This document shows positions 38,576 to 48,648 of a DNA stretch of 64,000 nt, piece by piece; the stretch's first letter is position 1, and every line of letters starts with the position of its first letter. The translations under genes and the position numbers were made by a program. The notes below the pieces were generated by a model. The model did not search any database. It saw only the letters and a program-made list of their open reading frames with translations, and was not told where the DNA came from. The stretch lies in contig JAHQWK010000001.1 in NCBI GenBank assembly GCA_029856145.1, forward strand, positions 32,001 to 96,000. Direction: 5' to 3'. This stretch comes from Promethearchaeia archaeon (GTDB taxonomy: Archaea; Asgardarchaeota; Lokiarchaeia; Sigyniarchaeales; SOKP01).

Positions 38576-38794
38576 CTAAAATCCGCCTGCAATGTGTGGG
38601 AGTATAATAATCTCGTCTTCTTTCCCTATCTTCGTTTCTGGTGTTGCTTTTTTACCATTTACTATGATTCCGAAAAACTTGTCTTCAAGATTAAGTTCTC
38701 GTAATAAATCAGCTACGGTCATTGTTTTATCAGGCGAAAATGTTTCATACAATCCAGTATCTAATAATTCTGAAACTTGTTTTATAACAACCAC
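38576..38794 (-). CDS. MoaD/ThiS/SAMP ubiquitin-like protein ending GG-F
   Basis: TVADLLREL, IVNG and ILPHIAGGF*. True start may be ATA at 38785. Confidence 0.88.
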   Translation of the reverse strand: MVVIKQVSELLDTGLYETFSPDKTMTVADLLRELNLEDKFFGIIVNGKKATPETKIGKEDEIIILPHIAGGF

Positions 38795-39044
38795 CTAATA
38801 TTTTTAATTACTTATTATATGTTTGTAATAATATTTAATATTATTTCTTTAGTTTTATTCGTTTCAGTAAGCAGTGAATTCTTGTTTTTGAAACACTTCT
38901 TTAGACTTATTTTAATCATTCAGCGATTATATTCATATTTATTTGAATTAAACACATTTTTTTTAAGCTAAATTAAAATCCAATTTTTTTTATTTTTACT
39001 TTAATTTCTATATATAGGCTTTACTTTTTTGAGGAGATAATAAA

Positions 39045-40697
39045 ATTATTGAAGAAGAAGAATTCATCGAATACACAGAGTTTTTAGACAAACTAAGAAA
39101 ATATGAGTTTAAAATAAAGCAAATCAAAGATCCAATAGAGAAAAATAAAACAATACAAGAAATGGTTTCAGAGTCATTTAATTTTTTTAATGAGATTGCT
39201 CAATCTGGAGAATTTTTTGAAGCAGGGGAATTTCTTTATTCTGTTGCTGAAATAATGGAAAATATTGATTTTTCTGAAGCTCTTAAATTATATAATGAAA
39301 TAATTGAATTGTATAAAAAGCAAATTATAGATTATAAACTTCAAGCGAAATTACGTGAAATTGCTGAATTATACTTAAGAATTGCGGAAATTTATCGTGA
39401 GAAAATTAGAGATTTTCAATCAGAAAAAAAAAATATTCTAAATAGTATAAAATTTTTAAAGCAAGAAAGTGATCTTTTAAAAGAATTTAATGAAACTAGA
39501 AAAATCGCTCAAAATTTTCAAAATATCGCAGATTTATTCTTAAAGTTCTCTGATTTCAAGAATGCTATAAAATTTTATGAAAAAGTTATCAATATTTCTA
39601 AAAATCATAACTATTTTGACATGCTATCTTACTCTTATCAGCAAATTGGATCCTGTTATGAAGAAATCGACGATTATAACAAATCGCAAGATACAATTTT
39701 AGATGGTGTAGAATTCTTCTCTACTTTAACAACTAAATTTGAAGAGAAAAATGATAATTTAACTCTTGCTCAGATTTATCAAATCTTAAAAAACTTATAT
39801 AAAATTTTAGATAAGCAAGATCAATACATAAATTTCTCTAAAAAAGAAGCAGGAGCATATATAGACTTAGCAGAAACACTAGAAAAGACACAAGAAAACT
39901 ATTATAAAATTGCGCGGTATTATCGAGGAGCTGGATTATGTTATCAAGACATTCAAAATAATCTAATTGAATGCGCCTCATGTTTTGTGTTAGCTGGTAA
40001 CTTTTCAAAAAAAATTGAAGATTATAACCAAGCAGCGACGAATTTTTTTGATGGGGCTAATGTTTTTAAAGAAATGGATAATTTTGAAATGGCATATAAA
40101 CATTTTGTAGAAGCAGGTGATAATTATTGGAAGATTGGAAGTATTAACGAATCTACAGAAAGTTATTTAAACGCTTATGATATTGCAATTGAAGGGGAAT
40201 TAGAATTTAATAGATTCGGCATTTTTAATCAAATTATAAGAGGGTTAAATAAGATCGCTGAAGAAGGATTAAAAAACAAACAATTCTTTACAGCAGCCAC
40301 TTTGATTTTAGAAAGTATAAAATTTTATGAGCAGCTTGATACCGCAAAAGATTTCCTTCTAAGAGAAATGGTTAACAATTTGTATCGTTATTATTATCGA
40401 GCAGCAAACTTAAAGAAGATTGGATCTTCTCACATCGTTCTTAGTTATGTTTTGGCCTCTATTTCATGTATTTTAAATGGTAAATTAGATAAGGCTTGGA
40501 AAGTTATCTCTGAAATAGAATCTGAAAAAACTACGGTAAAAAAATACAAAGAAATAATAAAAATAATGATTGAAAGAGTTTCTGAAGGAAAAAAGGTTGA
40601 ACTAAATAATTTCCCTTTCGATTTAAAGAGAATTATTGAATCCTCGGAAGAAATAATGTTTCTTCTAAAACTTTTTAAGGGTTTTAAAATAAAATAA
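39045..40697 (+). CDS. TPR/alpha-SNAP-like helical repeat protein
   Basis: Tandem helical repeats (AATNFFDGANVF, AYKHFVEAGDNY). The frame stays open 39 codons upstream of ATG 39162 to ATT 39045, behind GAGGAG. Confidence 0.75.
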   Translation: MIEEEEFIEYTEFLDKLRKYEFKIKQIKDPIEKNKTIQEMVSESFNFFNEIAQSGEFFEAGEFLYSVAEIMENIDFSEALKLYNEIIELYKKQIIDYKLQAKLREIAELYLRIAEIYREKIRDFQSEKKNILNSIKFLKQESDLLKEFNETRKIAQNFQNIADLFLKFSDFKNAIKFYEKVINISKNHNYFDMLSYSYQQIGSCYEEIDDYNKSQDTILDGVEFFSTLTTKFEEKNDNLTLAQIYQILKNLYKILDKQDQYINFSKKEAGAYIDLAETLEKTQENYYKIARYYRGAGLCYQDIQNNLIECASCFVLAGNFSKKIEDYNQAATNFFDGANVFKEMDNFEMAYKHFVEAGDNYWKIGSINESTESYLNAYDIAIEGELEFNRFGIFNQIIRGLNKIAEEGLKNKQFFTAATLILESIKFYEQLDTAKDFLLREMVNNLYRYYYRAANLKKIGSSHIVLSYVLASISCILNGKLDKAWKVISEIESEKTTVKKYKEIIKIMIERVSEGKKVELNNFPFDLKRIIESSEEIMFLLKLFKGFKIK

Positions 40698-40877
40698 TTT
40701 TAACTCTTTTCTTTTTACTTTCTTGTAGAATCTTGTTAGCTCATGATAAAAACTTAAATATATTAAATTAAACCTTTATGATAATATCAAAAAGAGATTT
40801 TTGAAATATCTAAAATAGCAATATCTAGTAAAAGATTAGATAATTTCTTTAATCGAATCGTAAAGAAGAGATGAATT

Positions 40878-42104
40878 ATGAAAAAAATTAATAAATCTCT
40901 AATAGTATTAGTATTATGCTTCATATTCATCGGAGCGACAATACCATTTTCCCTAATTTATTTTGGTAGGAGACAGCCTACTCAATCAAATCTTGTTCAT
41001 ATTTATGTAAATTCAACGATCTATTCTAGTTTATCTTCTGATATTGCACAATATAAACAAGACATTGAAACACAAGGATATACTGCAAATGTGATCAATT
41101 GGTCCATTAATGGAATTACTCAACTTAAGAATCACATGACAGCAGCTTATTCAAATGGGTTAATAGGAGCTGTTTTAATAGGAAAACTTCCCTATGCAAA
41201 AGCAAGATATTGGGATGCAAGTTGGGCCATGTATCGTCATTTCTCATGTGATTATTATCTAATGGATTTAGATGGAAATTGGACAGATGTAAATGCAAAT
41301 AATTATTATGATGTAGGGGCCTCAGATAATAATATAGAACATAATAATGGTACTGCAGATTGGTTTCCTGAAATATGGGTAGCACGTATAAGTCCTTATA
41401 CGATATCTAAAGTTGGTTTCAATCCACTTAATTCATTAAATAATTTCTTTAATCGAAATCATAATTTGAGAATTGGACTCACTTATCGACCACATCAAGG
41501 ATTATTATATATTGACGATGAATGGGCGAGTTTTGCAACTGAATGGGTTAGTAATTTTACAGCTTACACTGGAGTAAATCTTACGTGTGAATCTGATTAT
41601 AATTATATTGCTAATGATTTTACCAATTCAACACATTTTCTTTCAAACATATCGGATATTACTCATCCAGCGTTTATGAATTATGAATTAGTTCATGTAA
41701 TGGCCCATTGTAACGGTACTGAACAACAATTTGGGATTAATGTGTATCAAGGGGTTCCAAGTGCTGATGATGGTATCTTAACATATCATGATATATATAA
41801 TAGTGGACCACAACCACTATTCTTTAATTTATACTCTTGTTTTTCGTCAAATCTTATGATAACTAATAATATCGCAACACATTATCTCTTTGATGGTCAA
41901 GCCTTAGTTGTAATAGGATGTTCAAGATCAGGGGGGATGAGTCTTTATCAACCATTTTATGATTCTCTAAGAGATGGAAAGATTTTCGGAGAAGCTTTTA
42001 AAGATTGGTTTTATGGACCAGAAATTATTCCTCTTAATCACTGGGAAGAAGTATATGGTATGACATTTTTAGGAGATCCATTACTAACAATTTATATGAC
42101 ATAA
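40878..42104 (+). CDS. Secreted or membrane-anchored C25 (gingipain-like) cysteine peptidase family protein
   Basis: N-terminal signal/TM segment, AVLIGKLP, CDYYLMDLDG, PEIWVARI, His (AHC) and Cys (YSC) candidates, C-terminal FLGDP. Confidence 0.75.
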   Translation: MKKINKSLIVLVLCFIFIGATIPFSLIYFGRRQPTQSNLVHIYVNSTIYSSLSSDIAQYKQDIETQGYTANVINWSINGITQLKNHMTAAYSNGLIGAVLIGKLPYAKARYWDASWAMYRHFSCDYYLMDLDGNWTDVNANNYYDVGASDNNIEHNNGTADWFPEIWVARISPYTISKVGFNPLNSLNNFFNRNHNLRIGLTYRPHQGLLYIDDEWASFATEWVSNFTAYTGVNLTCESDYNYIANDFTNSTHFLSNISDITHPAFMNYELVHVMAHCNGTEQQFGINVYQGVPSADDGILTYHDIYNSGPQPLFFNLYSCFSSNLMITNNIATHYLFDGQALVVIGCSRSGGMSLYQPFYDSLRDGKIFGEAFKDWFYGPEIIPLNHWEEVYGMTFLGDPLLTIYMT

Positions 42105-42198
42105 TCACAATAAAATTAAACTAATTGTAACAATAATTTTTAATAAGGTTTCTTTTTTTTAATTTTTACATTTTACTAGTAATTGGAATAATACAATA

Positions 42199-42867
42199 AT
42201 GATTAATGAAAAGACAAACAACATTGTCTTAAGTTTTGATTTAGATAATACTTTAATTAATAACAGATCGGGTATTGTGGCTTCATTTAATTACGCATTA
42301 AATAAATATGAATTACCTAATTTGGAAAGCCACGTAATAGAAGTTATGATTGGTATACCTTTGAATGAGATGTTTATTAAAGTAACCAATCAAGATCCTT
42401 TAAAATTAACTTCAGCCTTCAGAGAATATTATGGAAAAAAAGGGATATATCAAGCAAATATTTTGCCAGGAATTAAATCTAAACTAAAGGAATTGAAAGA
42501 ATTACACTTCACTATGGGTATTATAACTTCCAAAAAACAAGAAATGGCAAAAAGAATCATCGAAGTTTTAAATGTTCAGAACTATTTTGATTATGTTTTA
42601 GGAGAAACAGAAGATAGAAAGGAATTGGGAAAACTTGACCCAACATTAAAGAAAATTCTAAATAGTAAATATCCCGGATATAAGATTATTGTTATTGGAG
42701 ACCATCCTAAAGATGTAATGCTTTCCAATAATTTAAACTGTCCATTTATCGGAGTATTGACAGGACATCATTCAGCTAATCAATTAAATGAAATAAAAGA
42801 GGGAAAAGCATTAATAATTGATTCAGTTAGTGAATTAGATATTGATTTAATATATTCTTTAATTTAA
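42199..42867 (+). CDS. HAD-family hydrolase (phosphoglycolate phosphatase-like)
   Basis: FDLDNTL, ITSK and VIGD motifs. Confidence 0.88.
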   Translation: MINEKTNNIVLSFDLDNTLINNRSGIVASFNYALNKYELPNLESHVIEVMIGIPLNEMFIKVTNQDPLKLTSAFREYYGKKGIYQANILPGIKSKLKELKELHFTMGIITSKKQEMAKRIIEVLNVQNYFDYVLGETEDRKELGKLDPTLKKILNSKYPGYKIIVIGDHPKDVMLSNNLNCPFIGVLTGHHSANQLNEIKEGKALIIDSVSELDIDLIYSLI

Positions 42868-42932
42868 AACAGAATTATGTTATTGGTATTTCAGTATTAA
42901 AAAAGAGAAAAAAATTAGAGATTTTTTCTATC

Positions 42933-44399
42933 TTATTCTTTTGACCAGGATTCGTATTCCTTCATGAATTCTTCTGGTTTCCACTGACTATCCATAAATT
43001 TTGGGATTCCAGAACTATCTCTAGGTCCTACAATTACAAAAGCATCTGCTTCATCTTCTAAGGCTCCACTCAAACGAGCAGCCATGCCAGGAAGAATGAG
43101 AATTCTATGTTTAACTTTATCAAAAGCTCCAAATTCTTTCACGGCTTCAGCTATTGAGCCCGCATTAAATTGACCCCCCGCAACAGCGCTTTCAATTCCT
43201 ATCCCCTCACTGTCGACTACTAAGAGCCAGCAATTCAAATTTGCACCCTTCAAATCTTGTTCAACTGGAATTTTAGTCATTCTATAATTACTGGTGACGA
43301 ATATTGGGGCCATATCTTCAGGTTCTCCAATTATATAAAGACCAGGATCAACAGCGGGATAAATTCTAGGATCTGAAAAAACACTTTGTCTTAATGTCAT
43401 TAAAGCTAATAGAGCCCAGATTTCTTCTTTCTTTTGACCTGTATGTAACACAATTAAGTTTGTATCAATAGATTCCATTATAGCACCCATTATCAGTTCT
43501 TGATATTGATGTTCCCAGAGCTCCTTATCATTTCCTATTTTAACTTGACTCCAATAGGCAGCAGGAACTCCCATTACTGGCCAACACGCATTTAAATCTT
43601 CTTTATTTATTGCTACTGTTCTTAATTGCATAATATTATCATATGTAACAGAAAGATTACCAGGTCCAAAATAAGTTCCTGAATCTAAAACAATTTCTTT
43701 TACACCAAATTTCTGTAGAGTAGCACTTAATGACAGAAATTCATCTAGATTACTAGAAACAATAGCAACAGGTAAATTATTTTCAATAGCAAATTTTCCA
43801 ATCCGTTCCCATGAGTCTATTGTAATAGCGTAAAGTAATGGTTTATTTTCCTTAATCGCTTCTGCTGCTGCTAATAATACTTCAGCATTAAAACTACATA
43901 AAATGATTGGAAGATTTGAAATTTCAGTAATTTTTTTTGCTGCTAATTTAAACTGATCAGCATCTCCAGAGACATTTCTTAAAGCAATTCCATCTAGGGT
44001 AAGTACATCTCCAATTCTTTCTATCTTAAGATCTGTTAGATATTTTACAATTTCTTCTAAATCTGCATCGTCATCGGCGATTTCTATAAAAATTGCTGTT
44101 TGATTATAAAACGTGAGTTGATGACGCATTAATACTTCCTCTCCTCCAACTGTAACTGCTCTGTCTCCGGTTCCAATTATAACGGGTTTTTGGGGAGGAG
44201 TGATAACTTCAATAAGTTTATCTCGCTTTTTTGCTTGTTTAGGATCCTGCATTAAATGAGGACAATCTTTTATTTTGACTTTTCTTTCAAGAATATCGGT
44301 CGCAAAAGCCATGCATGTATCATATCCGCATTCCTTACAATTACTTTTATCTAAAAGTGCATATATTTCTAAAGGGCTTGGTCGTGCCATTTTTGACAA
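42933..44399 (-). CDS. cdhE: Acetyl-CoA decarbonylase/synthase gamma subunit (CFeSP large subunit)
   Basis: NCKECGYDTCMAFA...CP, GGEEVLMRH, FSDPR, ILPGMAA and VGPRDSS motifs. Confidence 0.93.
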   Translation of the reverse strand: MSKMARPSPLEIYALLDKSNCKECGYDTCMAFATDILERKVKIKDCPHLMQDPKQAKKRDKLIEVITPPQKPVIIGTGDRAVTVGGEEVLMRHQLTFYNQTAIFIEIADDDADLEEIVKYLTDLKIERIGDVLTLDGIALRNVSGDADQFKLAAKKITEISNLPIILCSFNAEVLLAAAEAIKENKPLLYAITIDSWERIGKFAIENNLPVAIVSSNLDEFLSLSATLQKFGVKEIVLDSGTYFGPGNLSVTYDNIMQLRTVAINKEDLNACWPVMGVPAAYWSQVKIGNDKELWEHQYQELIMGAIMESIDTNLIVLHTGQKKEEIWALLALMTLRQSVFSDPRIYPAVDPGLYIIGEPEDMAPIFVTSNYRMTKIPVEQDLKGANLNCWLLVVDSEGIGIESAVAGGQFNAGSIAEAVKEFGAFDKVKHRILILPGMAARLSGALEDEADAFVIVGPRDSSGIPKFMDSQWKPEEFMKEYESWSKE

Positions 44400-44566
44400 T
44401 TCTTTTAATTTGAATTTTTTTCTATTTAGAAAAATGAATATATATGTGTAGTCTAATTTTAAATTGAATTAAAAATTTGGTTTTTTAAAATTCAACTCTA
44501 ATTATCTGGATTTTATCCATAGATTAAATAGTAAGTTTTTAAAAAATATTTGAATTTAATCAGTTA

Positions 44567-46024
44567 ATGGATAAGCATAAAAAAGAGTCTGAAGATCTTT
44601 ATTCTTTATTTTACCCACAACATATTGCGTTTATAGGTGCTTCAGAGAGCTCAAGATTGGGGTCAATGATGTATTTACCCGCTTTTAAAGAATCTATATG
44701 GGCAAATACTTTTTATCCAATTAATCCGAAACACGATAGAATAATGGATTGGAAATGTTACCCCTCTGTTTTAGATGTTCCATATCCCATTGATACAGCA
44801 TATATTTCATTGAAAACAGATTTTATCCCAGAAGCGGTAAAAGAATGTGTACAGAAAGAAATAAATTGGGTTATTATCTTTGCTTCAGGATTTTCTGAGA
44901 CAGGAGATCCTAGAGGTAACGAATTGGAGGAAGAACTTTTAAGAATTATTAAAGATTCAAAAACAAGAATAATCGGTCCTAATTGTTTAGGGCCTTTAAA
45001 TGCGGAAATCGGGATGGCACTTACTTTTGCTTCTCAAAAAGGGAACCAAGGAGGAGTATCTTTCATGTCACAATCTGGAGGACACTTAACCCAATTAGTT
45101 AATGTAGGATATAAACGAGATATAAGATATCGTTATGGTATTAGCTTTGGTAATCAAATTGATTTAAATTGTGTAGATGTAGTAAATTATTTTCGTCAAG
45201 ATTCAAAAACTTCTCTAATTGCTGCATATTTAGAATCAACTGGTTCAGCAACGGCTCAAGAGTTGTTTATTGAACTTAGAAAAACTACAAAAATCAAACC
45301 AGTAATCTTATGGAAAGGAGGATATACTAAAGACGGTTCAAGAGCAGCATTTTCACATACAGGGGCTATAGCTTCGAATAATAAATTATGGAAATCAATG
45401 GCTAATCAGACAGGAACAATCCTCGTTAAAGATAATGAAGAATTTTGGAACACTATTAAAACATTTGAATTATTATATCCACATTATATTCCAAAAGGAA
45501 GGAATATAGGGATTATTACTCCCGGAGGAGGTGCTTCCGTTAATTTGACAGACTTATTTGCTTCCCAAAATCTGTCGATACCAGAACTAACTCCTGAATC
45601 ACAATCAAAAATTGGTAAGATTTTACCCGATGTAAATGTAAACATTAAAAACCCTATTGATTTAGGGGCATCGGGGTTTATTTTAGATATTTTTACTCAA
45701 TGTATGAACGTTGTAGTTAATGATCCTAATATTGATATTATTATGGTTCCACTCTGGCCAGATCATATTTATCGTCATGTTTTTAATAGGATGATTAGAA
45801 TACGGGATTCAGTATCAAAACCATTTGCTTTTTGTTTACCAAATCTTGCTGATGATAGTGCTCTAGCTAAAAGATTTAATTCTGCAAAAAAATTATTGCA
45901 CAAAAAAAGAGTTCTCTATTTCTTTTCATTAAGAGATGCTGCGAGAAGTGTCTCACTTTTGTGTGATTATGTGGAGTTTTTGAAATCTCGCAATATCCCA
46001 ATTAACAAACCAAGCATAAAGTAA
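44567..46024 (+). CDS. ADP-forming acyl/acetate-CoA ligase alpha-subunit-like
   Basis: IGAS, ASGFSETG, IIGPNCLG, SQSGG, SHTGAIA (phospho-His) and NPIDL motifs. Confidence 0.9.
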   Translation: MDKHKKESEDLYSLFYPQHIAFIGASESSRLGSMMYLPAFKESIWANTFYPINPKHDRIMDWKCYPSVLDVPYPIDTAYISLKTDFIPEAVKECVQKEINWVIIFASGFSETGDPRGNELEEELLRIIKDSKTRIIGPNCLGPLNAEIGMALTFASQKGNQGGVSFMSQSGGHLTQLVNVGYKRDIRYRYGISFGNQIDLNCVDVVNYFRQDSKTSLIAAYLESTGSATAQELFIELRKTTKIKPVILWKGGYTKDGSRAAFSHTGAIASNNKLWKSMANQTGTILVKDNEEFWNTIKTFELLYPHYIPKGRNIGIITPGGGASVNLTDLFASQNLSIPELTPESQSKIGKILPDVNVNIKNPIDLGASGFILDIFTQCMNVVVNDPNIDIIMVPLWPDHIYRHVFNRMIRIRDSVSKPFAFCLPNLADDSALAKRFNSAKKLLHKKRVLYFFSLRDAARSVSLLCDYVEFLKSRNIPINKPSIK

Positions 46025-46037
46025 ATAAATTTTATCT

Positions 46038-46367
46038 TTAAATTCTTTCAGAAATACTTTTTAAATATAACTTCATAAAAAATCGTTGACTACTACAATA
46101 GTCATATTTCTGGTTTTGAGTTAGATCTTGAGAATTTTTTAAAATGAAATGGATTTTTTGTATCATATCAAAATGATTATCCATAACTCCTTTAAAAGGA
46201 TCTTGCATATTAATATGAAACTCTTTATAAATTCCTTCTTTACATGATTTTGATTCAGAGAAATGACTTTTATGTAAAATGTCTTCAGAAAAAATAACAG
46301 ATTCATTGAAGATTAAACCATCTTGAACATTCTTAAAATAATTTTGTTCTATTTTTCCCGAACTCAT
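46038..46367 (-). CDS. Hypothetical protein
   Basis: 109-aa ORF filling an intergenic gap; no recognisable motif. Confidence 0.5.
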   Translation of the reverse strand: MSSGKIEQNYFKNVQDGLIFNESVIFSEDILHKSHFSESKSCKEGIYKEFHINMQDPFKGVMDNHFDMIQKIHFILKNSQDLTQNQKYDYCSSQRFFMKLYLKSISERI

Positions 46368-46496
46368 AATAATAATGACCTTATAGGTTGAAATTTACTA
46401 ATACTATTATTTTACTTATATTAATTTCAGAGTTAAACATTCTATTAATCCATTAATATGTTTTTTTGAATTGATAAAATTAAATTCTTATAAGGA

Positions 46497-46600
46497 ATAA
46501 AAAAAGGAGAAAAGAAGGAATGCAAAATTCAACTTTTAATAAAAAATAGAATATTAAAGGCGAAATCCAATGTAAGATTGAAAATTTTGTTTCCCTTCCA
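46497..46600 (-). ncRNA. Candidate long-hairpin small RNA or leader element B
   Basis: Imperfect inverted repeat between 46514-46535 and 46573-46598, followed on the minus strand by a pyrimidine/U tract; same layout as element A. Confidence 0.3.
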
Positions 46601-46750
46601 AATAATTTGTTTAAATTAAACTATAAAAATATAACAGAATTTTAAGTAATTAAGAGGTAGACAATTGAATTATGTTACCAAGTAAATTGTCTCGTTATAA
46701 TATATTAATAAGAAAAAAAAATAAGGAAATCTTAAATTTTCGAATCATAT

Positions 46751-47281
46751 TTAATAATATTCTGTTTTTGAAACAAGGACCGCGAAAAAGCCGTAAAATA
46801 CTATGTTTATTGTGCAACTGATAATAATATTGATAAGAAGAACATCAATCGTCATAGCCCAACCATAAACAGTATTTAATTCGGTTTTGAAAAAATCACT
46901 TAGAAAAACTCCACTAATTACTAAAACTGTACTGATAATTGCGGTTAAAAGCCATCCTCCAAAACATTGACCTTTACTTTCTCCGAACTTTCCAGCAAGA
47001 ATCGCTGCAATTATTAGAGCAGCTAAGTATCCTATCCCCAAAATTAGATCTGTTAAGACCAAACTGCCAAAAAAAGGTTGTGCTATAGTCCAATTGAAAA
47101 TTACAGATGGGAAACTGATTATTGAACCGAACAAGTAATAGAAAATCATTAGAGGGTGATTTTGAATCGTGGCAAACAAAGAATCAAAACCCGGGCCAAT
47201 AGCATAATATATTATTGTAAAAATGAAATTTAAACCGACAAAAGCAAGTATACTAAATAAAAACGCCTTACCAAATCCCAT
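46751..47281 (-). CDS. Hypothetical membrane protein
   Basis: 4-5 hydrophobic segments; likely start MGFGKAFL at ATG 47281. Confidence 0.75.
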   Translation of the reverse strand: MGFGKAFLFSILAFVGLNFIFTIIYYAIGPGFDSLFATIQNHPLMIFYYLFGSIISFPSVIFNWTIAQPFFGSLVLTDLILGIGYLAALIIAAILAGKFGESKGQCFGGWLLTAIISTVLVISGVFLSDFFKTELNTVYGWAMTIDVLLINIIISCTINIVFYGFFAVLVSKTEYY

Positions 47282-47456
47282 TTTGCTCAGACTCTTTTTT
47301 GTTAGTGTAATTTTATTCCTTATTATCCTCAAGGAAGTAATGAATTTTAAATTTTAGGGTGTAATAATTCATTTCATCAAATTATTGTAAATAAGTAATT
47401 AATGAATATTTGCTCAAAATTTTAATAAATTATGAACCCCTAAAAAGACTATAACA

Positions 47457-48485
47457 ATGAAAAGAGTTAATGAAAAATTTGCTCTTGGAAAGCTTAAACA
47501 TGATTATTTAGCCCAGTTGCTCTCAGAAATAGAAATTCAAGATAGTAGAGTAATTTCGGGATCAAAAATCGGGGAGGATGCCGCAGTTATAGATATACCT
47601 GGAAAAAATTATCTAGTGGCAAAAACTGACCCAATTACCTTCGCAACTGATGAGATTGGCTATTATGCAGTAATTGTAAATGTTAATGATCTTGTATGTA
47701 CAGGAGCTAAACCAAAATGGTTTCAATCAACGATCTTATTACCTCCTAATTTCACAACAAGTAATATGATTGAAAAGATATTTAATGATATTCACAATAC
47801 CTGTAAATCAATGGAAATAACTGTCATAGGAGGTCATACAGAAGTTACACCAGGGCTTACTAGACCAATTGTGATTGGATCTTTAATCGGAGAGGTAGAT
47901 AAAAATAAACTTGTACTTACTTCAGGAGCTGAATCAGGAGATGCATTGATTTTAACAAAAGGTATCTTTATTGAAGGTACATCTATTATAGGTCGTGAAA
48001 AAGAAAAGGATTTAATAGAAAAAGGATTTAATCACAATTTTATCGAAAAATGTAAGGATTATCTTTATAATCCTGGGATAAGTGTTTTAAATGAAGCTCT
48101 CTTAGCAAATAACCATTTTCAAATAAAGGCTATGCACGACCCTACAGAAGGGGGACTTGCTACCGGAATTGCTGAAATGACGATAGCTTCTAACACTGGT
48201 GTGTTGATAGATGAAACAAAAATAAAAATTCTTCCAGAGCCATTAGAATTAAGTAAAATGTTTAATTTAAACCCTTTAAACACTATATCATCAGGATCAT
48301 TATTGATTGCAATAGAGGAAGATTACTCTATTGAATTAATCGAATTAATGAAAAATAATAATATTTATGCTGAAAAAATTGGCAAATTTTTATCTAAAGA
48401 AAGTGGTTTGAAAATTAAAGAAAAAGAAGGTAAAAAAATTCCTTTAGAGTATTCTGAAACAGATGAAATAACAAAAATATTTTGA
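47457..48485 (+). CDS. AIR synthase-related (HypE/ThiL/PurM-like) protein
   Basis: GEDAAV, KTDPIT, NVNDL, GGHTE and MHDPTEGGL motifs. Confidence 0.88.
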   Translation: MKRVNEKFALGKLKHDYLAQLLSEIEIQDSRVISGSKIGEDAAVIDIPGKNYLVAKTDPITFATDEIGYYAVIVNVNDLVCTGAKPKWFQSTILLPPNFTTSNMIEKIFNDIHNTCKSMEITVIGGHTEVTPGLTRPIVIGSLIGEVDKNKLVLTSGAESGDALILTKGIFIEGTSIIGREKEKDLIEKGFNHNFIEKCKDYLYNPGISVLNEALLANNHFQIKAMHDPTEGGLATGIAEMTIASNTGVLIDETKIKILPEPLELSKMFNLNPLNTISSGSLLIAIEEDYSIELIELMKNNNIYAEKIGKFLSKESGLKIKEKEGKKIPLEYSETDEITKIF

Positions 48486-48648
48486 TTTTTATCCAAAATT
48501 GACAACGAAATATTAAGTTTTGTCAACCAAACCTCACTTAACTAAGATTTTTATTTTAAAATTTTTATTTTAATAATATATAATATTTTTTTCTTAAGGT
48601 TTTTTAAAACCGAATAGAAAGATAAACTGATTAAATACTCGATCAAAC

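Noticed and set aside
38777-38971. 64-aa hydrophobic ORF, and a possible C/D-box sRNA on the opposite strand
   Set aside because: The ORF reflects AT-rich promoter sequence. The C box is imperfect, internal boxes are unconvincing and I could not identify a guide target.
42933-44399. Complete Wood-Ljungdahl (cdh) operon with cooS as its CODH
   Set aside because: cdhE stands alone here, ~26 kb from an atypical cooS, and no other cdh/acs genes are in the window.
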